Part shown: one piece after another, positions 12,450-26,185 of the stretch
Numbering within the stretch: the first letter of the stretch is position 1
How the letters are laid out: each line of letters starts with the position of its first letter
From: Laetmonice hystrix
Lineage: Eukaryota
Assembly: GCA_965235115.1 (NCBI GenBank)
Contig: OZ249448.1
Location: forward strand, 18,972,001-19,036,000
Length of the DNA: 64,000 nt
Reading direction: 5' to 3'
Notes under the pieces: generated by a model
Seen by the model: only the letters and a program-made list of their open reading frames with translations
Database searches by the model: none
Told to the model about the DNA's origin: nothing
Program-made: the position numbers and the translations under genes

Positions 12450-15400
12450 ACCACCGACCCAGGCGACCTCTGGCGGGGGATGATCGCTGTGTCATATCAA
12501 GGTGTGTGTGACCGCAGTTATCGGAGAAATGACCACCAGCCCGTCCAGTTAGAAATCTTGGACTCGGTCACTGACTCACTCAGCCGATTAAATCTCTCTC
12601 AATCTTGACGGATACCTCTGGACAGCAACATCACCTCAATGATCCAGATACCGTCTCATAAATTACTAAAACATTTATACTCCCAACATGATGAGGCCAG
12701 ATTTGAGAGCCAATGAGCGAGTCTTTGTTTTTATCTCAGAGAATCTGCACTACTTCAGTCTCTGCGAAATAATCTCCCGGTACATGACATGCTACATAAA
12801 TAACAGGTTAATCAACTAGAGCATTAAGACTACATGTATTTGATATTCTCTGACTATGAGCAAGCCTGGCATATATAGACATGAACAGTTCAGGACAAAC
12901 CGACACCCGTTTTGACAGAATGAAACAATCCTTAAAATCCACAGACAACATATGAAGCCAAGTTCTTTTATCGTGTAATTCAAACAGTAAGGATTCAGCC
13001 ATCAGTATAAATAAAAACTTCCCTTTATGTGAGTGTAATACCGAGAAGATAGATTTGAGAACATTGTGACATGTTTTTCAATATGTTTTGTGTAGAGACT
13101 GGCTACACTCGGAGCGTATTTCGTTTCGAAGATCTCTATCAGATAATGCTATGGCTCCGTTCAAGAATTCACTTCAATTATCAGCAGTGTGAATTCTTTC
13201 ACCCGACGATATCAACTGTCAGGTTTAGGGGGCAGCTATTCATATAAACTTACAAATAGCTGCAATATCGCTTAGTTACCAATGATTGATGTGCAAGCCT
13301 ATGCATTGTTCAAAGAAAAAGAGACTTGGCCAGACTGAAGGTCTTTTTGACAGCATAACAATCCACTGTAAACCTAACAAATGATTCTCTAACACATACC
13401 AATATCATATTTTCTCAGTAGTCTGATAAGAAGGCAGTAAACTATCAACCTTTGTCGACACGTGAACCAAGGCAGCGACATCACCAAAAACCTCCCGACA
13501 ACATGACCTTAAAATATAGTACAATCGCATGTCCCGGTACCGTATAATATACAGCTGGATGTCTCTAATATTACCAAACCATGGTGAGGAACGATGGACA
13601 ATAGTAATAACAACTACTCCCACAACCATCTGTTGTTCTCTGTGATTGCCCTGCCGTTCAATGATAGCCTTACAATGTGCTTGTAATTTATTTATTTATT
13701 TGAATTCTTCATCATAAAACAAGGTTTAATGAGTGCTGGAACCCTAACATACACCTTCGGGAGTTTACATATTTCTCTAACCTATTGCTACCTCACACAG
13801 GGAGTATGGGAGCTGTTTTATTAAAACGTTATTATGAAATAAGTAATTCTCCCTTTACTCTGATATACAACGAATTACCCGAGACACTGGCCTCCGGCTG
13901 TACTCGTGTTGACGGTAGAACCTGATCAGGTGCTGTATTTGTGTGTGCCACTTGACCGCTACAGTCAGGGGATGGTCAAGTACTAACACCGACCAGGTGG
14001 TCTCCGGTCCCTCTCCGGGTACCAGCTTCAACTGAGCAATCCCTCACGTTGTAATCTCATACAACATAACATCTTCGTCTAATTTAACCATTGTTGACCC
14101 CGGCTATTGTTTGTCACAGTTATAGCCTATTCCTAGACTACCAACGTAAATAATAGAATGTGTTTGTCCACAACATTCACTTTGCCTAACTTTCATATTA
14201 TCGTTCTCGTTTAACAAAGGTTTGAAAGCGCGCCCTGATGATACATGCTATCACAAAGGGAAGTGCGCAATGGGCGGATGGGTTGGCGTGGCAGTACCAC
14301 CATCCAAGGTGATGTGTGTATCTGGGTTAAGAAATTACAAGCGCTCCTTTCAGGCTGAGTAAAAGTGTGCCACAGAGTAATCAGGCCTGTGGCTGCCATA
14401 TATCTCTGCCATCGAGCACAGCGCTACTGGCGTGACCTAGTAGGGCACCTTGCCTCTATTAACCCTCATTCTATTGGATTCCTATCAATCAAAAATGTCA
14501 GCCTCATATTGATTGCTGTATTCCTGGGGTCTATGACAAGAGACCAATACATAATTGATAGCTCTAACACCTGAAGTGTGAATATGGCGTAATGGTCGAT
14601 GATTACTTTGCATGTTTGCTCTATGACGCAGGATGCAATGCGCAGTGTATAGGCAAAATAAGGAATCGCTAATGATCGACTGCACTATGTCAAGCTTTGT
14701 TTCAAACATTAACAGACAGGACGAATTAAACACAAACAAGGCAAGCATCCCTGGGAATTCTGCCAGGGTTCGTGGGTGTAAACACACTATGGTTCCCACA
14801 AACTATTCTAATTTTGGTGAATTTTATAACGTACGTCATTAGTGCACGCAAAACCCCCTGTGGCCATAAACTCTCTGTTCAAATAACAGCACCAAGACAT
14901 GAAACATACATAAAGAACTGGGTTTAATGTTTCCTTCCAACTTAAATGAGACCACCTTGGATTCTAACAACGCCTGACTTTGCCAGGAATGGCACCAAAA
15001 AACATAGTAATCACTTTGAAACGTGCCGAAGTATTCCTGGCGGAATTTGAGGAGTTAGAAAACTTGCTGTGTACATTGACTGGAGACAATGCCAGAGCGA
15101 ACATTTGGTGAGACTGGTCGGAGGGAAAGCTTTAGTTCCAGTCACCGACAGAAGGAGAAACAACACAGCCAAGCCAACCATCAATCAATGTCATCATGTG
15201 ACTCATGTCAAAAATCATCATGCTGCTTGCTTCATGTGTAAATGAACGAGTGAGAGAGTGGATGAATGATGGCGACACAGTGGCCCACCAAACACGTCCG
15301 GACTGTGGTCGTTCAGTGATCTCTTGTATTACCAGAACTCCGACCACCACAACATGTATGTCGCTAGGTAGACACACCACTCCTGGCCACCGTAGCTTTT

Positions 15401-16374
15401 CTCTGGCTTCATCTTTGAGAAATTATTAATGCCCATCCAGCCAAATTATTTTCGTTTTTGGCATGCGACGCCACACTCGATTTCTGCTCGGGCTAAAAGT
15501 AGGTCATACAAATACTGGAAACGTCGGTTTTCATTGCGTTGTCATCGGATTTTGAAGAAAATATTCCTTTGTCTTTCCTTTCTGAGAAACCGACCCTGCA
15601 TGAATAATGGCCCAAACACCCGTCCAAACTAGACCACGTGGTTAATGCTCAGTGTGTCACTGAGTATATAAATTAATGTTTGACCTTTGGTCTAGCAGGC
15701 GAACTGACCAGTGATGATAATTTCAAATCATTGTGTCTGCCACTGCCGAGGTTCAGGCGATTATAACAAACCTATCGGGTATATTTGATGACGAAAACTG
15801 TGAGCCTTCTCACTGCTGTCACCTTCGTGCTGCTACCGGAGTCCTTGTACTGTTAATGTAGAGACTTATGTCTCACCTCGGTGACGAACCAGCCACCAAT
15901 AACAATACAAGTTGAATTGTAACGATAACTGATGGGACAGTCAATGCGGCAGCTCAAAGATCTTTTTTTAACGAAACAAGATATTAATAGCAATTTCTTT
16001 GGCAGCAAAATTTGCTTCATTCGTCCTAGAGAATAATCAACGTATATTTACTAAGTTTAAAAGCCAAGGTTAGTTGTATTATATTCACATCCAATGTCTT
16101 GCGGGTAAATCTTTTTTTTTAAATCAACAATGTGGACTTGCGTTAACCAAGTGTGGATGCACGTGGCTGGACTAGCTACCGGCGGTGAACGAGTACAGTT
16201 ACGAAATGCCTGGTGGCCAAAGTCCAGATGTCAACTGGGGGTTCTCCCAAAACTCTGTCAACCTGCATTCAGAGAATATGATCTATAGACGAAGGCAACA
16301 GCGGCCGGCAAGACATGCTATTTATCCGCTATGAATGGGCCGCTATGGGGTCCAATAATAGCGTTAAGACAACA

Positions 16375-16390
16375 GGCCGCTAGATGGCGG
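16375..16390 (+). promoter_or_regulatory. CTCF-like motif GGCCGCTAGATGGCGG
   Basis: Matches the bilaterian CTCF core CCRSYAGRKGGC by eye. Confidence 0.3.
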
Positions 16391-19282
16391 GGCACGGCGT
16401 TGTTTTTAAGCGGTTGGCAGAGATCGCTGGCGACATGTTCATATATGTGACGTCCCAAAACGTTCGCAGAACCCAAAAAGTCAGGGGACCCTTTCGGCTG
16501 CAGACGTTTGAGGACGACACCTCTGCCAGGCCTTGGGATCTCCCACATAGCACACAGCTATGTTATCCAAAAAAACGCTGTTGGCTTACAGATCTACCTC
16601 AACTACCACAGTTTAAACACACAATACACCTGCGACTGTTATGGTTTTGCACTACATTACCACCTTCTTGGACAGAACGAGCACGCAAAGAAAGTCTGGA
16701 GGCAGGCAGGTTGAGGATTAAAAATAAATATTCATGTAGGTAACACACATATAGAGAGAGCCAAGAAATCCACATGCCACTTCTGGAAACCCAATGTAAA
16801 TGGAAACAGCTTTCATGATAAATCGGAGGACACTGACATTTTTAAATGGAATGTCCCCAAAATAGGTTGGGGATCCTAAGGGTATTCCTGACGTTCTGGT
16901 GGTACCAGATATAGTATCAAATAAATTAACCTTTTGTAGACCACACACTCACATTATCATTGTGGTATCTACCAGGTAATGATTTACACTAAGAGGTGCA
17001 CAAAAGAACTAACTCTTTCATCTTCTTGTCCCTAACGATCACCTAACTCAAAGAAGAAATGATCCCGTTCTGCATTGCTTTCAACAAATGCATAACAAAA
17101 AAATTGCTACCCTCTTTATTTGATGTCTGATTGTAGGATTTTGCTCGCGGTTTCCTGAATACATTCCTCGCAGCTTCCAGGTCGTTTGATGATACTTCCT
17201 TTTCATGTTTTCACGAAATTGTCCCGAAGAAGATGGAGTATAAAAAACAACTTGGTCTTCATGATTACTTCCACCTGTACACCATGCACGAAATATGACA
17301 TTGATCCTGCTACAATAATACTCCAAATATACGTGTGTCCTGTGGATCCTTCCGAGGCCTCTGGCAGCTTTCGCTTCGCGAGGTTGAAGTAATCAGAGAA
17401 ATATTTACCCTTCGTTGTCAATGCTGAATGGCAGCCAGGGACATGGTCGTTCTATAACGGCCTCCGACTTCCCCTCCAGCCAGGGCAGTATCTCATGTAA
17501 AAGTCACATACCAGACAGTTTCAACCATGATTTGAAGGCAGCGGTCTTTCATCTCATCAAAGACAAAGTGAGTGGGCTGAGGGTCGGGGACCAGTCTGTG
17601 AGCCCGGCCTACCGCCCGCTCGGTCCGCCGGCCGGCTGGCTGGTCCCGCCCGGCGGGCCGCCCTTCCCTCCCCGCCGGCTCCTGCCTCCCGTATCACCGC
17701 CAGACGTCCACGGACACCACACCCGCTTCAAAGATGATGATCATTTAAAGTGATCACGCGATGCACTTCGACACTTGAAGACCTCCCTTAACGACTTCCA
17801 TCGGAACCCTTCCATATACAAGTCTGGGGAAAGTTTATTGTTTAACGTGTAGCGGCTACCTCTCTTGGCCTTGGGTAAGGAGTGATCAAACCGCGCTCTA
17901 TCAAAAACCAAAGTACTTCACATTGAATTGTGCATCCTTTCAACAATGTGAAAACGTTAAGTAGAAATCTGCTAACACCAACATCAGCTGAGAAGGAAGT
18001 TTGTTATGTGAATGAAACCTAGCTTTGTTTACAACCTCAGAGAGATGTTCTGGTCGAGCGGAGTTACATTTCTACTGCTCGACTGACCTACATTTCTAAG
18101 GATGTCATCCAGATTGATAAAAACCACAAAATAAACAGAAGAGAGTGGATGGCTTAATTTTAGGACCCACATTAAACATTTAGCTTCCTTTCTTACTATG
18201 CAGCATAAAAAAGTGCGCGAAACACTTTCTAAAATACAGTTTGAAATGAAGGAAGAAGAAAGATAGACTTTTTGTAAAGGTCACTGTTAAGATTTGTTGT
18301 GACATTTTCAAATGTTTTTTGCAAATTCTCCATTGAGAAGTGAGGGTGTACGATGACCACAGGTAACAGAATAGGGTTATTTTTTCCAATCTTCACGTTC
18401 AGTGTTGAATTAGCAGTTCCCTACTGGTTGAATCATCCATGTTTCACATCCACCCTCTCTGTGTACATGTATACAGCCCTTCCTGATCCGGTGTGTGGTA
18501 TTGAAAGGTCCACTTCACTCGAGCAGTAGGTGGGACCCGGACCGCCCATACTGAGTGACCGGCAATGGGACCAGCTGGGGGTGTTTATTTGTTTACTTGT
18601 CTGAGGTCGATGGCAAGTAGTACGTCAGGGTTAATAATGAATGAGGATAGCAACACAAGGTGTTTTAGAGTAGCAGCCGGGAGGTGAAGGGAGGGGTAAG
18701 AGTGTCACCTGAACAGGGTGTATGATACACCCTGACCTACTTTAATATCGTCTTCACACCAACAGGATTCTCACCAAAAATGGCGCCCCCATCTGGGTGG
18801 GGGTGGGGGTAGGCTGGGGATGGTGGGGGGGGGGGGGGGTGTAGGTGGGAGAATGCATTAGGCGGCCGGCACGCCAACCTGCCCTAGCCCATCACGGTTC
18901 CAACGCTCATCCCCCAATAACCTAATGGATTTTAGCCGTGTTGCACTGACGCACAAAATATGAACCCCTGTGCGCCTGATTCCTCACCTCCCACTGTGTC
19001 CCGCTGGGACGCTGTGGAAACATTTTCCGTCGCATGTGATGTGAGGCAAGGATATGCTTTCAGCAGCTGGTTCCTTGGCAAGGAGGCAACGCTGGCGAAA
19101 AAAGCAACCATTGGTCGTGTTGGCACACCCCGAGCGTTCCCGCGGCGACGGTTGGTGAGACAGAGGTCTTGTGTAACACGGCCACTGGAGCATGGTCGGA
19201 GCTGTGGATCCCCCCCCCCCCCCCATCACCCCACACCCCTCCTAACCTACCCTCTCCCTGTCCACTGCAGGCACCAGATTAC

Positions 19283-19493
19283 CCGCACTGTTGATCAGGT
19301 TGGTGTGGTCACTAGATTTCATACTACTACTGCTGACATCGACCACTGAGCCCGAGTCGTGCCGAGACAAGCCGACAGAGGAAGCCATGGCTGCAGGTGA
19401 TTGCTCCACTGACACCACTCCACCCAGACAGTGGCAGTATGAGTTCTCATTGAGCTCCACATACAGGTTTCCTACGGTCAGTGTGGACAGTCC
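19283..19493 (-). CDS. Candidate internal coding exon (phase 0 in, phase 1 out): GLSTLTVGNLYVELNENSYCHCLGGVVSVEQSPAAMASSVGLSRHDSGSVVDVSSSSMKSSDHTNLINSA
   Basis: Acceptor tttttatatgtattcatcacccag; donor CGG|gtaatc; 211 nt open; Ser-rich like exon 3806 and phase-compatible with it. A competing plus-strand exon (acceptor 19270, donor ACG|gtcagt, Kozak-like gccATGG) cannot be excluded. Confidence 0.5.
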
Positions 19494-20950
19494 CTGGGTG
19501 ATGAATACATATAAAAACTCGCACTCACCTCCTGTCCTGGCCTAGTAATGCTGCCAGTATGATCCGCAGTCAGGAGACGTACATAATAACCTAAATATCG
19601 TCATGCTTTTACAACTCAAACGTACTGCCTGCAAATGTACACCAAACTGGCCTAAGATATTACGACGGCCTCTGGCCTCTGGCCCGCCCGGCGTACTGCA
19701 CAACTTCCTGCCCATTAATAGCTCCCGCCTCAGACTGGACAAAGGAGGAGCTCTGCCTCAAAGGTACTGGGGGAAAAATAAACTGGTAACGTGCCGGGGG
19801 TACTGGCTGGCAGGCAGGCGGGCGGGCAGGTAAGGATGGACCACTCCAAGCCTGCGTGCTCACCTCCTAAAGTGGGTGATTGACACCATAATTACTACCC
19901 GCTTGGGTTAGCCCCTAACAGTAGCCACATAATGCGTGTTCGTACGTATATGTATATATAAATCTATAATAGGGGGAGGCACAACTACCCTACCCCTCCA
20001 CGGTTGGCTGTCGTCAAGGTAACAATCTACAAAATGCACCTGGCTTAAGCTGCCAATCACGTTTCTCATCTCGACCGATGCTTTACTTTTTAGTTTTGTT
20101 GAGATAAAAAAAAACACAAGTCCATACCTGCGGTCCAGTTCATACCATGCAATATTTGTCATATTTACCGTGATACCCCGAGTGATATTCAATGGTACAA
20201 AGGCTATCACTTAAACATCTAAGAGCTTCCCGATATGACAATCCTGTCAAATCATTTGTCTTCACCCTGGGCTAAAATTACCGTCTCCCTATTGCAAGGC
20301 ACTGATACAATAATTAGTGAAAAAGGAAAACAACTTTTTCCCGAAAGAAGGACTTCCTTAACTAGAATTACATGTCAATCCTGAGTCCAGGAACATTCAG
20401 GAATTAAAGATAGTTATTTTGTGCCTTTCTAATATCATAAAACGTTGAAAATCTCTCGAGACATTATAAGGGATGCAGGTTTCAGGTGGACAACTGTGCT
20501 GTCTGAGTTCTGACCATCCCCACGCCCACCGCCCTATATGGTTATAAAAGTTACCAAGTTGAATGGGCGATTTTATTTTCCTTTTAAACACGATCGTAGA
20601 ACTCGTGAAATAACATAATATACAATTGTTTAAAGTTAAAAAGACTCACTATGTAATAACATGAATAACATGTTTCAATTATTCCAACACCCAAATACAT
20701 TAACTTTGATTCAAGTAATATACGCTGAAAAAAAACTTATATAGCACGGTTAATATGGTCTCTTACTTTTCTCTTTTTTCTTCCCCTTTTTTAATATCTT
20801 TTTGTAAAGGTTAAGATAGTCCCGTGTGTCTGCACGGTGACAGAGCTAACGCTGCCTAAGTAATGGGGACAGAAATCCACCTTTGATGGCTACCTATCGA
20901 ATAACCCAGAATGATGAGCTAAAGAGACACGGGGGCAGCATTACCTGGAA

Positions 20951-20968
20951 AGCGCCCCCTGGGGTCGG
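20951..20968 (-). promoter_or_regulatory. CTCF-like motif CCGACCCCAGGGGGCGCT
   Basis: Close match to CTCF consensus CCASYAGGGGGCGCT. Confidence 0.35.
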
Positions 20969-23119
20969 TGGCCGACACTATCGTTGGCAATGCTCATCGC
21001 CTGCGCTCTTAGCGCTGCTGTGCGAGGTGCGCGGCATGGCGGCAAAGTCGCTAACAAGAGCTCGGGGTGTAAAAGGGTCTCTGTTTACGCCTGCCTTGCG
21101 TATGATGGACCTTCGAGACAAGCCATTACTGAATGTGAATTAACGTAGCGACAGCAACTGTGCAACTGTCAGATCCACTTCGGAGGATAAGCCTGGCAAA
21201 GCGCACATAGTAAAACATGGAGGCGAGTTGTAGGACCCTACAGTGATCTGGGATGACAGACCGTCTCCAGCGATACGACCATGCTCAATGTGCACAATGA
21301 CATTCACTGTCTAACACATCATCTGGCCTGCGACTTGCAGCCGTTCTAACTTGTTCTTCAAACTATCATGTATGCGACAGGAGACATAGACAAGGACATA
21401 GCTGGTGTCACATCGATCGTTCGTATGTCACTTCTGTCTCTTGTCATCACGAAAACTTCTCCCAACATTCAACTCGCTCTACTCATTCCACTTTTACTTT
21501 TGGATTGTAGAAATAACGCACACAACACACGTTTGTATCTCACTGAGCTATACACACGTATAGCACATTTTAGCGGGAGCTTTTCTTGTCCGGAATAAAA
21601 TAATTTCACAATGAAAACAACTTTCTATCGGAGATACATATCATGGTGAGGGTGAACTTTTGGTAATCTTATATCTGGATACATGCCTTATCGTGCCGCT
21701 GGATGTGGAATTCACAAATAATCGGACTCCTCAAGCCATTACAACCCCATCGAGTTTTTTCTACAATTCTCATCATGTTCTGTTATGACATCTCTCACCA
21801 TGTCATTTTGTTAGCGTGCAGGCAGCCCCGGTATTAGTGTTTTTACCGCCCAACTGGTGCTCGTATCGAAGTCCACAACATGATAACGACACACGCTATG
21901 ATCTATCTACGCTGCAATCCATCCCTCTTCCACATTTTTCTCTTTACATAAAATAAAATCAACTGCATTAGATTTCACAATGTTGTAGAATGATATTTTT
22001 TCATCCCTCGCATAAAATATAGCGTTATTTTTTGATGAATGTAATTAATGAGACGACAAAAGCGTTGTTTTATGAGAAGATCAGTGTAAAAGATACGGAC
22101 GATCCAGTGAGGTTTTTTATATCCACTGGGTGTGGCTGGCTGACAGCCCCTGGTACAGAACACGGCAAACCTTCAAATCTGTTCGTACCTATACGGTTGT
22201 CAACTTAACACCTTCCCTGACCGTGTGCCGTAAACCTGCTCATATAAACACTGTCCTTGTTAGGGGGAGGGGTAGGATGTTTAGTTTACTGTTAATGTTC
22301 AGTAATCAACCTGCCATGATTAACACTACTGCAAACGTAAACAGACGCGATCATCCCAACTTACTCCTACTTACTACTGGAGTTATGACATTCTAGTAGT
22401 ATATAATATATCAGATTATGAAATTAACTTCGGTAGACTATAGCTATAGATACACATGTTTCAATCTATCTCGATCTAAATCTCCACTATTACCTATGTA
22501 CACCACCGCCCCCGCACGTACATCTAACATAGATCTTATATACGTTAATATATTACGTTTTGTTTCCTCCTATTCACTGTAAAAAGAAATTGGTTGAAAA
22601 AAGTACCAATCTCATTGGTTGAGCCTATATTGGTTGTTTTAACTAATAAGTTGGTTATTGACCAATCACATTGCGATTAACAACTAATGTTTTAGTGACC
22701 ATGATATAGAAGGTCAAGCCGACGGCTCATGTCTGACGAATTCTGTGCTCAGTGCATGTGCTCAGTTTAATATTTCAGATCTACTCGCAATCTGAACAAC
22801 GGCTGGTCTCCGACTGCTGACTGACCTCAAACAGTTTGCACTCTATAACACACCTGACATTTCTGTTTTGGTTGCAAAAACGCAACAACAACAAACTGAA
22901 AAAAAAAAAAAAATCCCTTCTTTTTTAAGAATAAATGGGACACCCAAACAGTGACAATGGTGCACCATAGCCGACATTTGCAATAATTAAGTGACCGTTA
23001 AATCGAATACTTGGAGCAGATTTACAGAACCCCAATAAATCAGTATGTAGGTGAACGACGTACGTCCTGTCGGGTGGTACCGAGTCAGACCATATGTCCC
23101 CACAGGAATCATTATGCAA

Positions 23120-23309
23120 AGGTCAATGGGGTCACACTGAGTGACCCCGGGTTGGGGATTAACTGGACAGGTGGGGGTGGGACACTGTATGAATGGGGTG
23201 AAGTACCTGAGTTATCCCACACCCTACCCTGACACCCCACAACGATTATGACACATCAGGTCATGAAAAACGAACCCTCCTTGCGGCAACCTCCAAAGGT
23301 GAAAGGTCA
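23120..23309 (+). promoter_or_regulatory. Nuclear-receptor half-site cluster: DR3 (AGGTCA atg GGGTCA), overlapping IR7, and DR1 (AGGTGA a AGGTCA)
   Basis: DR3 23120-23134; TGACCC 23142-23147; DR1 23297-23309; motif match only. Confidence 0.25.
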
Positions 23310-24868
23310 ACTTTCTGTTGACATAACGCCCTATAATTTTTCTGTCCATATCAATAGAATGTGGTGACAATGGTAGAGTAATCGCGTGTCGTCCTCTCCA
23401 CGTTACCTCAGCAGTATACCTCGGCAGATTAGATGCTGCCGATATGGACATACGAGATCTGGGCTCACTCTCAACTTACAATTCCACCACTGGTCAAGCT
23501 GTCCGTCTGCAGTCAACCAACCTCTCAACAATAGAAAACACCGATCTGTGTCGTGAGTCGGATATACTCCCAGCTTCATTATGAGATATGTCCCAACAGT
23601 CGGCAAAGCACCTGTAACTATTCCTACCTGTGTTTTTCTGGCATGTTTTGCTGTACTGGTATATGATCTAATTGCGTGAGAGCTCTAACAGGTAGTGTAC
23701 TGTAACAAATATGTTTGGACAAACGTGCAGTTACCTTACCATATCAAATGTTTGAGACTGTGGAAACACTATAAGGTGTAACATTACTTCTAACAGAAGC
23801 CATTTATGATCTGTACAGTTTACATACAACAGCGATCAGAAACTGCAACTCCTCCTGTAATGAAATCATAAAATTCGGTTCTGAAAACACTCAATTTGGT
23901 TTTCTTAATCAAAGCAGGTGATAGTGAACAAAAAGGAGACAGTATAAGTGGGGGTAAAGTGGAGGCGAAAAACTAGTGATGGGGCGGGAAGGGGGCAGGT
24001 GAAGTGCCCTGGGCCTGATGAAAGGTGGCTGGGGTATTTGGGGGTGTGGGGGTGGGGGTGTGGGAGGTTGAAGTGAGAGTATGCTGACAGGCACCATATC
24101 TACTGACCATCACCACCGATACCTTTGTCTGCCAGCCCCCACGGCCTGCCGCCGTCAGCGAGCCGACAGGCCGGCTGGCGGACTGACCGGCCGGCCCTGC
24201 ATGCCGTACCCAGGACCAGGTAGCACCGGTCAATGCCACACCATTGACCGGTCACTCCCGCCGCCAGCTGACCGGTCAGGTGGACAAGGGCGGGCGGGGT
24301 TACCACACTAATCCCTTGTCTATAGTCTGTGGCCGTCACACCTGACAATTCTACTGTCATGCACAGCCAAACTACCAACTGCCAAACAGTAATAAAGACA
24401 TCTTGTCACCTGCACATTCAACTAACTCTTCTCGTCCTAAACATGTATGCTTACGTGCAGAGTCACCAAACAGTGCTCATCATCTGTTAAAAACCCCAGG
24501 TAACGTGTCCCCCGGCTACCTTCACATCAGTCACTTCACAGTGGACAGTGGTAAGTTCCTGTCGTCTGCTCCTCCAATATTCTCACCCTACGTCTGCCCA
24601 CCAACACCTGCCACCACACCACAACTCATGGTTCTTGATACTAGAACTACATTAACATTACTTCAGATCTGACCAACCTACGTGGTGCAGTAGTAAATCT
24701 TCCCAGTACAATAATTTGGGAAGTGTCTCTCGCTTATACAGGAGTTACTAATGGGTTGTCTTACAGTAAGGGAACCTATCAACATTTGATGACTTCCCAC
24801 CATATAAAAGTGACCATCGACAACCTCCACCACTCTCCGTGAACACGTGGATGTCCCCCCTGATTGTC

Positions 24869-25166
24869 TGGGTTCTGTATACGAACCACCGTTACCTGCC
24901 GTGCTGTGAGTCGGTGGGTTCTGTATACGAACCACCGTTACCTGCCACTGGTCGTACGACCCGTGCTGTGAGCCGGTGGGTTCTGTATACGAACCACCGT
25001 TACCTGCCACTGGTCGTACGACCCGTGCTGTGAGTCGGTGGGTTCTGTATACGAACCACCGTTACCTGCCACTGGTCTGGATGTTTCCCCCCTGATTGCT
25101 AGGATCCGTACGACCCGTGCTGTGAGTCGGTGGGTTCTGTATACGAACCACCGTTACCTGCCACTG
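24869..25166. repeat. 62-bp minisatellite (~4-5 partial or complete copies) with a nested duplication of the flank
   Basis: tgggttctgtatacgaaccaccgttacctgcc at 24869, 24915, 24977, 25039 and 25131; the flank ggatgt..cccccctgattg recurs at ~24849 and ~25079. Confidence 0.9.
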
Positions 25167-26040
25167 CTCGGCAGACAAGTCAAATAATGACACAACTCTG
25201 CTCAAGTCATGTTAGTGTTCGCTTGTCGTTAGCAGTCGCTCACTGACGACGGATCGAAATGCGCATAATGTGGTCACAGCAATGCCGGGAAATTAATCAC
25301 TACTGAAGTACACCCGCAAAGTTCATTAGTGTGCAAGCCGCTGCCCAAATTGAACAATGTTTCTCTTTTAACACAAAATGGTTGCATGGCCTCGATAGAA
25401 GTCCATTACGAAGGTTTCGACAATGGCAATTGAGCGCGGGGAAAAATACCTAATTACCGTGACTTCAACCACTTGCTTTCTGCTCTGTTCTTCCATCCAT
25501 TTCTTGAGTCTGTGTTAATCTAGGCTGAGCTGCCGCAATGTTAGCTGTTTGATGTCAATGTGTGCTGTTCACTGAAACAGCCAACAAACTGTATTTGAGG
25601 GTTGTGCCACAGGCCGACTTCTCTGGCTCATGCAGTGAGCCGACTTTTTGATGGCCTTCTTTATAAGCTATCAGTAAACCCAGCCTCCCAGCAACCCTAC
25701 ACATGCCCGCTGAGTTTTATACAGTACCTACATTACAAAAGAAGCCGCTTCACCAAAGATACATGGCCTAATTACTGACAGTCACCTCGGTGAGGAAAGG
25801 CGCATGGTACGGTTCTCAGGCGGACTTTAAAAACGATCAGAGAAGGCAAGGCCCTGATGAAGGAGCGCTAGAATTGTGTAACACACAATCCGTGGCCAGG
25901 GTCCACTTGTGTCACACCGAGAACAAAGCGGTAAATGAGGGTTGCGTGGAGTTAGGAGGACACAAAACGGGGGCAATAACTGTGAGGGAGAGAGGTTCTC
26001 AATATAGGCTGGGTCCAAACGTTCAACACACGACACAAGG

Positions 26041-26185
26041 CAGGAGGAGCGGGGAGGAGGGGGGAGGAGGAGGAGCAGGAACAGCAGGAGGAACAGGAGG
26101 AGGAGCAGGATGAGGAGAGGGAGGAAGAGGAGGAGCGGGAGCAGGAGGAGGAGGAGCGGGAGCAGGGGCAGGAGCAGGAGACAGG
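26041..26185. repeat. Purine-rich (GGA/GGAGCA)n low-complexity tract
   Basis: Near-pure G/A triplet run; produces the poly-Leu, poly-Pro and poly-Ser ORFs on the minus strand. Confidence 0.85.

Noticed and set aside
24780-24860. GDIHVFTES as a metallophosphoesterase motif
   Set aside because: Four-residue match only, weak acceptor, and no GDxxDRG or GNHE motifs nearby.
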